NCBI RefSeq assembly: GCF_900130005.1
Contig: NZ_FQXP01000003.1
Coordinates: forward strand, 59,643-91,642
DNA from: Clostridium collagenovorans DSM 3089
GTDB lineage: Bacteria; Bacillota; Clostridia; Clostridiales; Clostridiaceae
Reading direction: 5' to 3'
Length of the DNA: 32,000 bases
Position 1 is the first letter of the stretch; the number at the start of each line of letters is the position of its first letter. A program made the position numbers and the translations under genes. Shown here one piece after another: positions 1 through 8,397 of the stretch. The notes beneath the pieces are model-generated. The model searched no databases. It was given only the letters and a program-made list of their open reading frames with translations, and was not told the origin of the DNA.

Positions 1-51
1 AACTTTAAAAATATATTTCAAAATAAAGTTTATTTATAAGGTGGTGAGAAA

Positions 52-1863
52 TTGTCATTAGATAGCATAAGAGATTCTGTTCAGGAGGTAGCTGAGGCTA
101 TATCCGAGGTTTTAAATGTAGATGTTACAATTGTGGATCACGAACTTAATAGAATAGCGGCTTCTGGCAAATATAAGAGGTTTATTGGTACTAAGATACC
201 TGCAAAATGCTTGTTTGAAAGAGTTCTTAGTGAGAAAAGACCCCTATGTCAATTAAGAGATGGAAAAAATAATAATATAGCAGATGAGAATTTTGCATGT
301 TTACAGTGTGCAGCTAGAAGTACGTGTTTAGAGCTTGCAACGGTTGGATATCCAATTCTTAAAGACAGCGAAATAATAGGGATAATAGGAATTAATATTT
401 TAAGTGAAGATAAGCTTAATTTAGTTAATGAAAACTTTAAGTCAACTATGGCTTTCTTAGAAAAACTAAGTAGTTTACTTGTTGGAGATGTAATTTATAA
501 GGATATAATTAAGACTCTTGAAATTCAGCATGAAGAAAATCAGCATTTGATTGAAGGTCTAAGTAAGGGGCTTTTATCCATTGATGATAAGGGTATTATA
601 AAATATATCAACAAGAAGGCTCAGAAGTTATTAACAGGAAAGATTTCAAATAAAAAATATAAATATATAAATGAAATAATAGAAGAGTTCGATTTACAGT
701 GGATTCTAAAGGGTGAAAAAATTAATAACAAAAGTATAAGAAATGATGAGATACTTTTAAAAATAAACCCTGTTGTACTTAAGGGACGAGTTGTAAGTGC
801 AATAATTGAAATAAGTAAGAAAAGTGATGAAGTAAGAGACGCTTATAAACTTATAGGTAAAAGTAAGGTTATAAGATTTCAAGATATTTTAGGGCAAAGT
901 GCAAGTATACAAGAGGTTAAGGAACTTGCGAAGAACATATCCCATAGTGATTCTACTGTACTATTAAGAGGAGAAAGTGGAACAGGAAAAGAATTATTTG
1001 CAAGGGCTATACACTTTGAAAGTTTAAGAGCGGATAAACCTTTTGTTGCTATTAACTGTGCTGCCATACCTGAAAATTTATTAGAAAGTGAATTCTTTGG
1101 ATATGAAGGTGGGGCTTTTACTGGCTCTAAAAGAGAAGGGCAAATAGGAAAATTTGAATTAGCCAGTGGTGGAACAATATTTTTAGATGAAATAGGGGAT
1201 TTACCTATTTATCTTCAACCTAAAATTTTAAGAGTACTACAAGATAGATGCTTTGTAAGAGTTGGTGGAAGAGAAGAAGTTGAAGTAGATGTTAGAATAA
1301 TAGCAGCTACTAATAGAAACTTAGAAGAAATGGCAGAGAAGGGTGAGTTTAGAGAGGATCTTTACTATAGATTAAATGTTATTCCAATATATTTACCTTC
1401 CTTGAATTGTAGAGAAGAGGATGTATTATTAATAACAAATGTGCTTATTAATAAATTCTGTACTAAATATAATATTGAACTTAAGGAATTGTGTCCAGAA
1501 GTAAAGAGGATTTTCAAGGAATATCCTTGGCCAGGAAATATTAGAGAATTACAAAATGCTATTGAATATATGATAAATATATGCACAGGCTCTATTATTG
1601 GAAAAGAAAGCTTACCTTTAGCAATGAAAAGGTATATAGGGGAAGGAAATGCTACACCTGGAAAGAAAAAAGTTGAGATAGAAGAAGTAAAAGCAGACCT
1701 TAGTTTAAAAGAACGAGTAGAGGATTATGAAAGGAATCTATTGAAAAGCTTACTTTGTAAACATGGTAATACTGCAGAGGGAAAAAATCAAATTATAAAG
1801 GAACTAAAAATAGATTTATCAACTTTATATAGAAAGTTAAACAAGTATGATTTGCAAAAATAA
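52..1863 (+). CDS. sigma-54-dependent transcriptional activator (enhancer-binding protein, CdsR-like): Cys-rich N-terminal sensor, PAS-like region, AAA+ domain and C-terminal HTH
   Basis: TTG start follows a GGTGGTGAG RBS. AAA+ Walker A GESGTGKE, Walker B IFLDEIGD, and the sigma-54 contact loop GAFTGS are present. The C-terminal tail ([11 protein letters not shown]) is Fis-type HTH-like. Confidence 0.9.
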   Translation: MSLDSIRDSVQEVAEAISEVLNVDVTIVDHELNRIAASGKYKRFIGTKIPAKCLFERVLSEKRPLCQLRDGKNNNIADENFACLQCAARSTCLELATVGYPILKDSEIIGIIGINILSEDKLNLVNENFKSTMAFLEKLSSLLVGDVIYKDIIKTLEIQHEENQHLIEGLSKGLLSIDDKGIIKYINKKAQKLLTGKISNKKYKYINEIIEEFDLQWILKGEKINNKSIRNDEILLKINPVVLKGRVVSAIIEISKKSDEVRDAYKLIGKSKVIRFQDILGQSASIQEVKELAKNISHSDSTVLLRGESGTGKELFARAIHFESLRADKPFVAINCAAIPENLLESEFFGYEGGAFTGSKREGQIGKFELASGGTIFLDEIGDLPIYLQPKILRVLQDRCFVRVGGREEVEVDVRIIAATNRNLEEMAEKGEFREDLYYRLNVIPIYLPSLNCREEDVLLITNVLINKFCTKYNIELKELCPEVKRIFKEYPWPGNIRELQNAIEYMINICTGSIIGKESLPLAMKRYIGEGNATPGKKKVEIEEVKADLSLKERVEDYERNLLKSLLCKHGNTAEGKNQIIKELKIDLSTLYRKLNKYDLQK

Positions 1864-1923
1864 GATAAAATAAATAATTTATTTTATCAAAGTAAGAAAG
1901 GTATTCTTTTAGAAATAATAAGA

Positions 1924-1984
1924 TTTTTGCAAATATGAGAAAGAAGTCTTAAACTCTATAAAGTCTTTTGCAAAAGTGCAAAAA
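1924..1984. promoter_or_regulatory. Enhancer (UAS) site pair 1: TTTTTGCAAATATGAGAAAG (1924-1943) and TTTTGCAAAAGTGCAAAAA (1966-1984)
   Basis: Repeated self-complementary TTTTGCAAAA core, read directly from the sequence. It sits between the EBP gene and a sigma-54 promoter. Confidence 0.6.
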
Positions 1985-1995
1985 GTATTAAATAG

Positions 1996-2068
1996 CAAGT
2001 TTTCATAGGTGCTAGGCTGTAAATGAAGGTTTATAAGTGTAGTTGCATGAAAACTTGTTTTATTTTTC
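1996..2068 (+). terminator. Possible terminator of the activator gene (11-bp arms CAAGTTTTCAT / ATGAAAACTTG, about 40-nt loop, T-run)
   Basis: Arms at 1996-2006 and 2047-2057 are followed by TTTTATTTTT. The large loop lowers confidence. Confidence 0.35.
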
Positions 2069-2115
2069 ATAAGAATTCAGTATATAAATAAGTATTCAAC
2101 TAATATAAATAGGCG

Positions 2116-2167
2116 TTTTTGCAAAAATGCAAAAATTTATGTTTGGATTTTTGCAAAAATGAGAATG
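2116..2167. promoter_or_regulatory. Enhancer (UAS) site pair 2: TTTTTGCAAAAATGCAAAAA (2116-2135, perfect 8+4+8 inverted repeat) and TTTTTGCAAAAATGAGAATG (2148-2167)
   Basis: Same core as pair 1. The pair lies about 210-260 bp upstream of the -24/-12 promoter, a typical EBP distance. Confidence 0.65.
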
Positions 2168-2373
2168 AAAATAAGCAATTGTAGAAAAAAGCTATAAATT
2201 AAAATTTTAAAAATATAAATAAACTTAAGGAATATATTAATAAATAGAAAAAGTTAAGAAAATAAAGAAAAAACCTTATAATATTTGAAATTCAACTCTA
2301 AAATCCTCAAAAACTTAAAGAAAAAAATAAAAATATAAATAAAAAATAGAAAAAACTTAAAATATTTAAAGTT

Positions 2374-2389
2374 TGGCATGTAAATTGCT
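2374..2389 (+). promoter_or_regulatory. sigma-54 (-24/-12) promoter TGGCATGTAAATTGCT
   Basis: GG (2375-2376) and GC (2387-2388) are exactly 12 nt apart, matching TGGCAC-N5-TTGCW. It lies downstream of the enhancer sites and upstream of cdsB. Confidence 0.8.
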
Positions 2390-2625
2390 TAATAAATAGT
2401 GTAATAATAAATTAAAATTTTTACTTAACTCATAAAAATATATATTTTGTAGTGAAAAAAATATTTTCCTATTTATAGCTTTAGTTAAAAAGCTTATAAG
2501 AAAATAAAATTAAGCAATGGAGCTTTTATTACAAAATATATATAAGAAAATTTTACTGATTAATTAAATTAATGAAGAGGATAAAATATCTTATAATAGG
2601 TATTTACATGGAGGAGAATAGAATT

Positions 2626-3930
2626 ATGACAGTTATGGATTTACAATTATTAGAGGAAGAATTATTAAAGGCTATAAAAACTGAAACAAAACCAGCTATA
2701 GGATGTACAGAACCAGTAGCAGTAGCTCTTGCAGTTGCAACAGGTAAAAAATACTTTGATAAAAAAGTAGAGCATGTTAAAGTTGATGTAAGCCAAAATA
2801 TATTTAAAAATGGTAAATCAGTTATAATTCCTAATACTGAGGAATGTGGTGTTGATATAGCAGCAGCTTTAGGATTAGTATGTGGAGATGCAGATGCAGT
2901 TCTTGGAGTTTTCAAGAATGTAGAAGATAAATTTGTAAAGGAAGCTAAGGAATTAATAGCTAACAACACTGTTGTTGCAAGTCCTTTAATAGGCTCTGAG
3001 CCAGTATATATTAAAGTTGTAATTACTGGTGAAGGGGATACTGTAGAAGTATTATTAAGAGGATCTCACACTAATATTGAAAGTGTTATAAAGAATGGAG
3101 AAGTAGTTTTTGAAAATAAAAAGGAAGAAGCAGTAGATTCAGTTAAGATGGATCCAGATTTCTTTAAGAAATTGGACTTTAAAACTTTAAGAGAAGTTGC
3201 TGAAAATATTGATATTAATAAATTAGACTTCATACCAGAAGGTATTGAAATGAATAAAAAAGCAGCAGAAGAGGGTCTTAAAAAGAATAAAGGCTTAAGA
3301 TGGGGAGCTTCTTTATTAAGATTACAAGAAGAAGGAAAATTAGCTAAGGATACAATAACTAAGGCTAGAATTTTAACTGCTGCAGGTTCAGATTTAAGAA
3401 TGGGTGGAGGTTTATGCCCAATAATGACTAGTGGAGGAAGCGGAAACCAAGGTTTATGCGTAATTCTTCCTATAACAGTTGTAGCAGAGGAACAAAATAT
3501 AGAAAAAGAAAGATTATATAGAGCTATTTTCTTAGGTCACGCAGTTAATAACTTTGTTAAAAAGTACACTGGAAAACTTTCAGCAATGTGTGGATGTGCT
3601 ATAGCAGCAGGTATTGGTGCTGGTGCAGCTATAACTTGGATGTTAGGTGGAACAGATGAACAAATTCAAGGTTCTGCACAAAACTTATTAGCAAACTTAA
3701 CTGGTATGGTTTGTGATGGAGCTAAAGAAAGCTGTGCTATGAAATTATCTACATCAGCTGCTGAGGGAATAATGGCTGCATACCTTGCTTTAGAGGATGT
3801 AGTTGTACCAACTAACACTGGTATAATAGCTAAGAGCATAGAAGGAACTATTAATAATGTAGGAAAACTATGCAAAGATGGTTTAGCAAAAGCAGATGAT
3901 GTAATGTTAGATATAGTGATTAACAATTAA
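2626..3930 (+). CDS. cdsB: L-cysteine desulfidase, UPF0597 / YhaM(CyuA)/CdsB family
   Basis: N-terminal KPAIGCTEPVAVALAVA signature plus GGSGNQG and MCGCAIAAG motifs of the serine-dehydratase-like YhaM family. I chose the ATG at 2626, 11 nt after GGAGG. The track ORF starts at 2572 and an ATG at 2608 is also possible. Confidence 0.8.
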   Translation: MTVMDLQLLEEELLKAIKTETKPAIGCTEPVAVALAVATGKKYFDKKVEHVKVDVSQNIFKNGKSVIIPNTEECGVDIAAALGLVCGDADAVLGVFKNVEDKFVKEAKELIANNTVVASPLIGSEPVYIKVVITGEGDTVEVLLRGSHTNIESVIKNGEVVFENKKEEAVDSVKMDPDFFKKLDFKTLREVAENIDINKLDFIPEGIEMNKKAAEEGLKKNKGLRWGASLLRLQEEGKLAKDTITKARILTAAGSDLRMGGGLCPIMTSGGSGNQGLCVILPITVVAEEQNIEKERLYRAIFLGHAVNNFVKKYTGKLSAMCGCAIAAGIGAGAAITWMLGGTDEQIQGSAQNLLANLTGMVCDGAKESCAMKLSTSAAEGIMAAYLALEDVVVPTNTGIIAKSIEGTINNVGKLCKDGLAKADDVMLDIVINN

Positions 3931-3972
3931 TTAGATAGATTTGTACCTTTCATGATTTGATTTTTAAAACAC

Positions 3973-4007
3973 AAAAAATGCGACTTCTATTTGAAGTCGC
4001 ATTTTTT
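3973..4007. terminator. Bidirectional rho-independent terminator between convergent cdsB and the desulfurase gene
   Basis: AAAAAATGCGACTTC-TATTT-GAAGTCGCATTTTTT: a GC-containing stem flanked by an A-run and a T-run. Confidence 0.85.
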
Positions 4008-4015
4008 ACTTTATA

Positions 4016-5176
4016 TTACATTAAATCTTCCTTAAGTACCTCTTTAATAGCCTTTATAGCAGTGTTTACATCTTCAATAGTATTGAAGTATCCAAAGCTA
4101 AATCTAACAGTTCCATGTGGAAAAGTTCCAAGAGTTTTATGTGCAGAAGGTGCACAGTGAAGTCCACATCTAGTCATAATTCCATAGTTCTTTTCTAAGA
4201 AGTAGGAAATTACAGCATTATCAAGGGGAGAAAAATCAAGAGATACAACAGCAACTCTATTTTCTGTACCCTTTAGTCCTGCTATTTTTGCTTCTTTTAT
4301 AGAAGATATACCCTTTAAAAATTCTTCTGTTAAATATAATTCCTTCTCATGAATTTTATCTATACCAGTTTCTAAAATAAACTTAAGAGAAGCATTTAAT
4401 CCAAAAATTCCTGGTACATTAGGAGTTCCACCCTCGAATTTATCAGGCATATAATCAGGTTGTACTTCGCTTTCAGATAAACTTCCAGTACCACCTTCAA
4501 CAAGAGGATCTACAGAATTAACTAAGGAATCATCAATTAAGAATCCACCAATTCCTTGAGGCCCTAATAATCCCTTATGTCCTGTAAAGGCAATTATAGA
4601 GGCATTTATTTCTTTGAAATCTATAGGAATAACCCCTGCGCCCTGTGCAGAATCCACAATAAAAATCAAGTTATGTTCTTTGCATATCTCTCCAATTTCT
4701 TTTAATGGAAGTCTTGTCCCACAAACATTTGAAGCAGCAGTCATTAAAACAGCCGTTGTTTTCTTATTAATAAATTTAACTATATCCTTAGGACAAAGTT
4801 CACCTTCCTTAGAACAAGGAACTTTATGTACTATAACATTATTTTTAGTAAGAGATGTAAGTGGTCTAGTAACAGCATTGTGTTCCATTGAAGAAATTAT
4901 GATTTCGTCTCCAGACTTTAACAATCCCTTCAAAATAACATTTAAGCTTTCAGTTATGTTTCTTGTAAACACAACATTTTCAGCTTTATCAAAATTAAAT
5001 AGCTTACAAACTAATTCCCTAGTTTCAAAAACAGTTGATTCAGCTTTGAAAGAACTAGAATAAGCACCTCTATTAACATTACAGCCTAAAGAATTTAGAT
5101 ACTCATAAACTGTATTTGCAACGGTTGGTGCCTTTGGAAAAGTTGTTGAAGCATTATCTAAATATATCTGACTCAT
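4016..5176 (-). CDS. Class-V aminotransferase-fold cysteine desulfurase / selenocysteine-lyase-like enzyme
   Basis: IYLDNASTTFPK N-terminus, PLP-lysine context FTGHKGL, and the C-terminal catalytic loop RCGLHCAPSAH typical of SufS/CsdA-type desulfurases. Confidence 0.85.
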   Translation of the reverse strand: MSQIYLDNASTTFPKAPTVANTVYEYLNSLGCNVNRGAYSSSFKAESTVFETRELVCKLFNFDKAENVVFTRNITESLNVILKGLLKSGDEIIISSMEHNAVTRPLTSLTKNNVIVHKVPCSKEGELCPKDIVKFINKKTTAVLMTAASNVCGTRLPLKEIGEICKEHNLIFIVDSAQGAGVIPIDFKEINASIIAFTGHKGLLGPQGIGGFLIDDSLVNSVDPLVEGGTGSLSESEVQPDYMPDKFEGGTPNVPGIFGLNASLKFILETGIDKIHEKELYLTEEFLKGISSIKEAKIAGLKGTENRVAVVSLDFSPLDNAVISYFLEKNYGIMTRCGLHCAPSAHKTLGTFPHGTVRFSFGYFNTIEDVNTAIKAIKEVLKEDLM

Positions 5177-5222
5177 TGAAAATCTCCTTTTGTATTACTT
5201 TACTTTTAATATACACCATTCG

Positions 5223-5250
5223 TTGAATAAAACAATAGTTTTAGTATAAT
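5223..5250 (+). promoter_or_regulatory. sigma-A-type promoter for yedE (TTGAAT-N16-TATAAT)
   Basis: -35 element at 5223-5228 and -10 element at 5245-5250, read directly. Confidence 0.55.
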
Positions 5251-5388
5251 TTATTTTTTTAGACAATAATTGATAAAACCAATAGATAACAGGTTAATTA
5301 TAGAAAATAACAATTTAACTTTATGTTGCCAATTTGTTAAAATTTTATTATGAAATTAAAAATATTAAAAAAGGGGGCCAATCCTATT

Positions 5389-6489
5389 ATGAAAGACAAA
5401 AAGGTTTTTTTAGGTATTATTGGTGCAGGAGCAATCATAGGTCTTTTATCAGCTCTATTAGTTAAGCTTGGAAATCCAGGAAACATGGGAGTTTGCGTAG
5501 CTTGCTTTATTAGAGACACTGCAGGTGCATTAGGTTTACATGGTGCAAAGGTAGTTCAGTACATAAGACCAGAGGTAGTTGGTATAGTTTTAGGGGCATT
5601 TTTAGTTGCAGTAGCTTCTAAGGAATTCACAGCAAAAGGTGGTTCTTCACCTTTCATAAGATTTATCTTAGGTGCAGTTGTAATGATAGGTGCGTTAATG
5701 TTCTTAGGATGTCCATTAAGAATGGTTCTAAGAATTGGTGGCGGAGATTTAAACGCAATCGTAGGCTTAGTTGGTTTTGCAGCTGGTATAGGTGTAGGTA
5801 TATTCTGTTTAAACAAAGGTTTCTCATTAAAAAGAAGCTACAAATTAAACAAATTAGAAGGATATGCATTCCCATTAGTTCAATTAGTTTTACTTGGATT
5901 ATTAGCAGCAGCACCAAGTATAATTTTATTCAGTGCTGAAGGTCCAGGATCAAAACACGCTCCTATATTAGTAGCATTAGGTGTTGGAGCAGTTGTTGGT
6001 GTACTAGCACAAAAAACAAGATTATGTATGGTAGGTGGAATAAGAGATTTCATCTTATTTAAAGACAGCTATTTATTATTAGGATTTATCGGAATTATAG
6101 TATTTTCATTCATAGGAAACTTAGCTTTTGGACAATTTAAATTAGGATTTACTGGACAACCTATAGCTCATAATGATGCATTATGGAACATTCTTGGTAT
6201 GTTCGTAGCTGGATGGGGAAGTGTACTTCTAGGAGGATGTCCATTAAGACAATTAATATTATCTGGAGAAGGTAATATAGACTCAGTTATAACTATTTTA
6301 GGTATGTTTGTAGGTGCAGCTTTCTGTCATAACTTCAAGTTAGCTTCAAGTGGAGAAGGCCCAACACCAAATGGAAAAATTGCTGTTATACTTTGTATGG
6401 TGGTACTAGCAGTTATATCATATGCATTTAGAGAAAAATTCTCAGCAAAACAATCTAAAAAGGTAGGTGTTAAAGTTGAAGCAAATTGA
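5389..6489 (+). CDS. yedE: YedE/FdhT-family putative selenium/sulfur-compound transporter (polytopic membrane protein)
   Basis: GNPGNMGVCVACFIRDTAGALGLH plus duplicated GCPLR motifs (FLGCPLRMV, LGGCPLRQL). ATG at 5389 lies 11 nt after AAGGGGG; the track ORF begins at 5350. Confidence 0.85.
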   Translation: MKDKKVFLGIIGAGAIIGLLSALLVKLGNPGNMGVCVACFIRDTAGALGLHGAKVVQYIRPEVVGIVLGAFLVAVASKEFTAKGGSSPFIRFILGAVVMIGALMFLGCPLRMVLRIGGGDLNAIVGLVGFAAGIGVGIFCLNKGFSLKRSYKLNKLEGYAFPLVQLVLLGLLAAAPSIILFSAEGPGSKHAPILVALGVGAVVGVLAQKTRLCMVGGIRDFILFKDSYLLLGFIGIIVFSFIGNLAFGQFKLGFTGQPIAHNDALWNILGMFVAGWGSVLLGGCPLRQLILSGEGNIDSVITILGMFVGAAFCHNFKLASSGEGPTPNGKIAVILCMVVLAVISYAFREKFSAKQSKKVGVKVEAN

Positions 6490-6682
6490 TACTAGAGGAA
6501 TGTCTTGTCCACAACCACTTCTTATGACTAAAAATGCTCTTAAAGATTCTGTAAAAGAGATTGAAGTTGTAGTTGATTGTGGAGCACCTAAAAGTAATGT
6601 TACTAGATTTTTAAACAACTCAGGTTTTAAAGTGACATCAACAGAAATTGAAGATGGGTGCATATTAAAGGCTACAAAATAA
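6467..6682 (+). CDS. TusA/SirA-like sulfurtransferase (equivalent to the YedF N-terminal domain only)
   Basis: IDTRGMSCPQPLLMTKNAL contains the CPxP active-site motif. GTG start at 6467 (TTG at 6476 also possible) overlaps the yedE 3' end. Confidence 0.75.
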   Translation: MLKLKQIDTRGMSCPQPLLMTKNALKDSVKEIEVVVDCGAPKSNVTRFLNNSGFKVTSTEIEDGCILKATK

Positions 6683-6924
6683 TGAAAGAATTTTTAAGTT
6701 TATTTTACACACATTCAGGAGCTATTAAGTTTCAAAGAGCTATTGAAGGTAAGGGAATGAGTGGAGAGCTTATGCCAGTACCTAGAAAATTAAGTTCTAA
6801 CTGTGGTATCGGATGTAGGTTTAGCTATGAAGAACCTATTGAGAATTTAATAAGTGAAGAAATAGAGAAAATCTTTGAAATAAAAGATAAAGAATATATA
6901 ATGGTCTACGAAGAAGAAGAGTAA
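6682..6924 (+). CDS. DUF3343 (putative Se/S-carrier-like) protein
   Basis: FYTHSGAIKFQRAIEG...MPVPRKLSSNCGIGCRF pattern. Its ATG overlaps the upstream stop (TAATG), indicating an operon with yedE and the tusA-like gene. Confidence 0.7.
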   Translation: MKEFLSLFYTHSGAIKFQRAIEGKGMSGELMPVPRKLSSNCGIGCRFSYEEPIENLISEEIEKIFEIKDKEYIMVYEEEE

Positions 6925-6948
6925 AATAAAAATATCATAAGAAGAATT

Positions 6949-6983
6949 AAAGGCTATACGGCACATGCTGTATAGCCTTTTTA
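6949..6983 (+). terminator. rho-independent terminator of the yedE operon
   Basis: AAAGGCTATAC-GGCACATGCT-GTATAGCCTTT followed by a T-run. Confidence 0.8.
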
Positions 6984-7354
6984 TTAAAAACAATTTTGAA
7001 GCTTAAATTCATTGTATTTAGTTTTACTATTATAAAATATTTAACTTGTATTTTAAAGTTAATACTATATAATAATTGTTATCAAGTAGTGCATAAATTA
7101 TTTAGTGTTTCTTACTAAAGGTAAAAATAAGTGCTATAAATGTTATAACTATAAGTAAGATATATTGAGATGGAAATAATAAGGTAGAAGCATTAAAAGT
7201 TTTGAATTACATAAAATAAAAATATACTTTAGAAAACTTAATAAAATCTTTTAAGAAAAAAGATTAAGAATCTTAAATAAGGTCATATAGTATAGCTTTA
7301 AAATTATAAAATTTATGTTTAGAAATAAATATTACATTGAGAGGAGTGAAATTT

Positions 7355-8311
7355 ATGAATAATAGCAGTATTGCAACTTTTGCTGGTGGGTGTTTTTGGT
7401 GTATGGTAAAGCCCTTTAATCAATGGTCAGGAGTGGAAAAGGTAGTTGTAGGATATACTGGTGGACATAAAGAAAATCCTACTTACCAAGAGGTTTGTTC
7501 AAAGAATACTGGGCACATAGAAGCTGTTGAAATAACCTATGATGAAAGTAAAATATCATATAATGAACTACTAGATATATTTTTTAAAAGTATAGATCCA
7601 ACAGATAATGACGGGCAGTTTGGAGATAGAGGCGAAACCTATCGTACAGCAGTATTTTTCCATAATGATGCTCAAAAGAAAGAGGCAGAGAATTATATTC
7701 ATAATCTAGAAAGTAGCGGTAAGTTTGATAAACCTATTGCTGTTAAGCTTTTACCTGCAAAGCCATTTTATCCAGCAGAGGAAGAGCACCAAAATTATTA
7801 TAAGAAAAATAAACTTCATTATAATTTATATTTTAAGGGTTCAGGAAGAAAGAAGTTTATTGAAGAAAATAATTATATAAATAACTTCGATAAAGATAAA
7901 CTTAAAGAGAGATTATCTGATATAGAATATAAGGTTACTCAAGAACAAGGAACTGAAATGCCTTTCCAAAATGCCTACAATGATCATTTTGAAGAAGGTA
8001 TTTATGTAGATGTAGTAAGTGGTAAACCTCTTTTCTCATCAAAGGATAAATTTAAATGTAGCTGTGGATGGCCAGCTTTTGCTAAACCTATAATGGAAAC
8101 AGCTCTTTATGAAAAGTTAGACTTAAGTCATGGAATGCATAGAGTGGAGGTTAGAAGCACTTCAGCGGATTCACACCTCGGGCATGTTTTCGAAGACGGG
8201 CCAAGGGAATTAGGTGGAAGACGTTATTGCATTAACTCCGCATCATTAAAGTTTATACCAAAGGATAAAATGAATGAAGAGGGCTACGGAAATTATCTTG
8301 AATTACTATAA
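7355..8311 (+). CDS. msrAB: Bifunctional peptide-methionine sulfoxide reductase MsrA-MsrB fusion
   Basis: MsrA motif GGCFWCM near the N-terminus. MsrB motifs [14 protein letters not shown] and RYCINS are in the C-terminal half. ATG at 7355 follows GAGAGGAG; all catalytic residues are Cys with no in-frame TGA. Confidence 0.9.
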   Translation: MNNSSIATFAGGCFWCMVKPFNQWSGVEKVVVGYTGGHKENPTYQEVCSKNTGHIEAVEITYDESKISYNELLDIFFKSIDPTDNDGQFGDRGETYRTAVFFHNDAQKKEAENYIHNLESSGKFDKPIAVKLLPAKPFYPAEEEHQNYYKKNKLHYNLYFKGSGRKKFIEENNYINNFDKDKLKERLSDIEYKVTQEQGTEMPFQNAYNDHFEEGIYVDVVSGKPLFSSKDKFKCSCGWPAFAKPIMETALYEKLDLSHGMHRVEVRSTSADSHLGHVFEDGPRELGGRRYCINSASLKFIPKDKMNEEGYGNYLELL

Positions 8312-8361
8312 ATGAATAGAAAAGTTGTAGTAAGCTAATACTTTCTTTATAGTAAAGTTAA

Positions 8362-8391
8362 TTGACACTTTAATGTTAAAGAGTATATAAT
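8362..8391 (+). promoter_or_regulatory. sigma-A promoter of the T-box leader (TTGACA-N18-TATAAT)
   Basis: -35 element at 8362-8367 and -10 element at 8386-8391. Confidence 0.7.
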
Positions 8392-8397
8392 TATAGA

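Noticed and set aside
879-1586. Track ORFs 879-1067(-) and 1365-1586(-)
   Set aside because: They are antisense and lie wholly inside the well-supported sigma-54 activator CDS. They have no RBS and a low-complexity composition typical of shadow ORFs in AT-rich DNA.
2023-2091. 22-aa ORF MKVYKCSCMKTCFIFHKNSVYK, which shares the MKVY start and Cys content with the 30129 leader ORF
   Set aside because: It has only a weak, distant GGTG and overlaps the 3' arm and T-run of the activator terminator. The MKVY similarity covers 4 residues encoded by AT-rich codons, so it is probably chance.
1924-2167. TTTTGCAAAA repeats considered as a CRISPR-like or mobile-element repeat array
   Set aside because: There are only four copies, with irregular spacing (41, 150 and 32 bp) and palindromic cores. 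They lie next to an EBP gene and a -24/-12 promoter, so enhancer sites are the better explanation.
2572-2625. 5' extension of cdsB in the track (MKRIKYLIIGIYMEENRI...)
   Set aside because: It has no RBS and lies in the AT-rich leader. Family members as I recall them start close to the conserved ..LL...KPA.GCTEP block, and GGAGG precedes the ATG at 2626.
2604-3926. Track ORFs 2604-2969(-) and 3666-3926(-), and similarly 3957-4160(+), 4614-5063(+), 5337-5519(-), 5556-5816(-), 5663-5917(-), 5709-5939(+) and 6442-6663(-)
   Set aside because: All are embedded in or antisense to CDSs with clear family signatures (cdsB, desulfurase, yedE). ORF 3957-4160 also runs through the bidirectional terminator.
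5326-5331. Minus-strand TGGCAA upstream of the desulfurase gene, and plus-strand TGGCAT at 19292-19297, as extra sigma-54 promoters
   Set aside because: Neither has TTGC at the required 12-nt offset from the GG (they read AGTT and AAAT instead).
7245-7274. AATCTT / AAGATT / AATCTT half-sites upstream of msrAB, resembling part of the 25116 operator (AATCTTAAATAA vs AATCTTAATAAT)
   Set aside because: The match is short and low in complexity. The tandem 10-bp repeat architecture is absent, so it is not enough to place msrAB in the same regulon.
4016-8311. Selenocysteine recoding (in-frame TGA plus SECIS) in the desulfurase, yedE-operon or msrAB genes
   Set aside because: All these ORFs are continuous, and Cys occupies the catalytic positions (GGCFWCM, RYCINS, CPQP, HCAPS). 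No pair of adjacent same-frame ORFs split by a TGA was seen.
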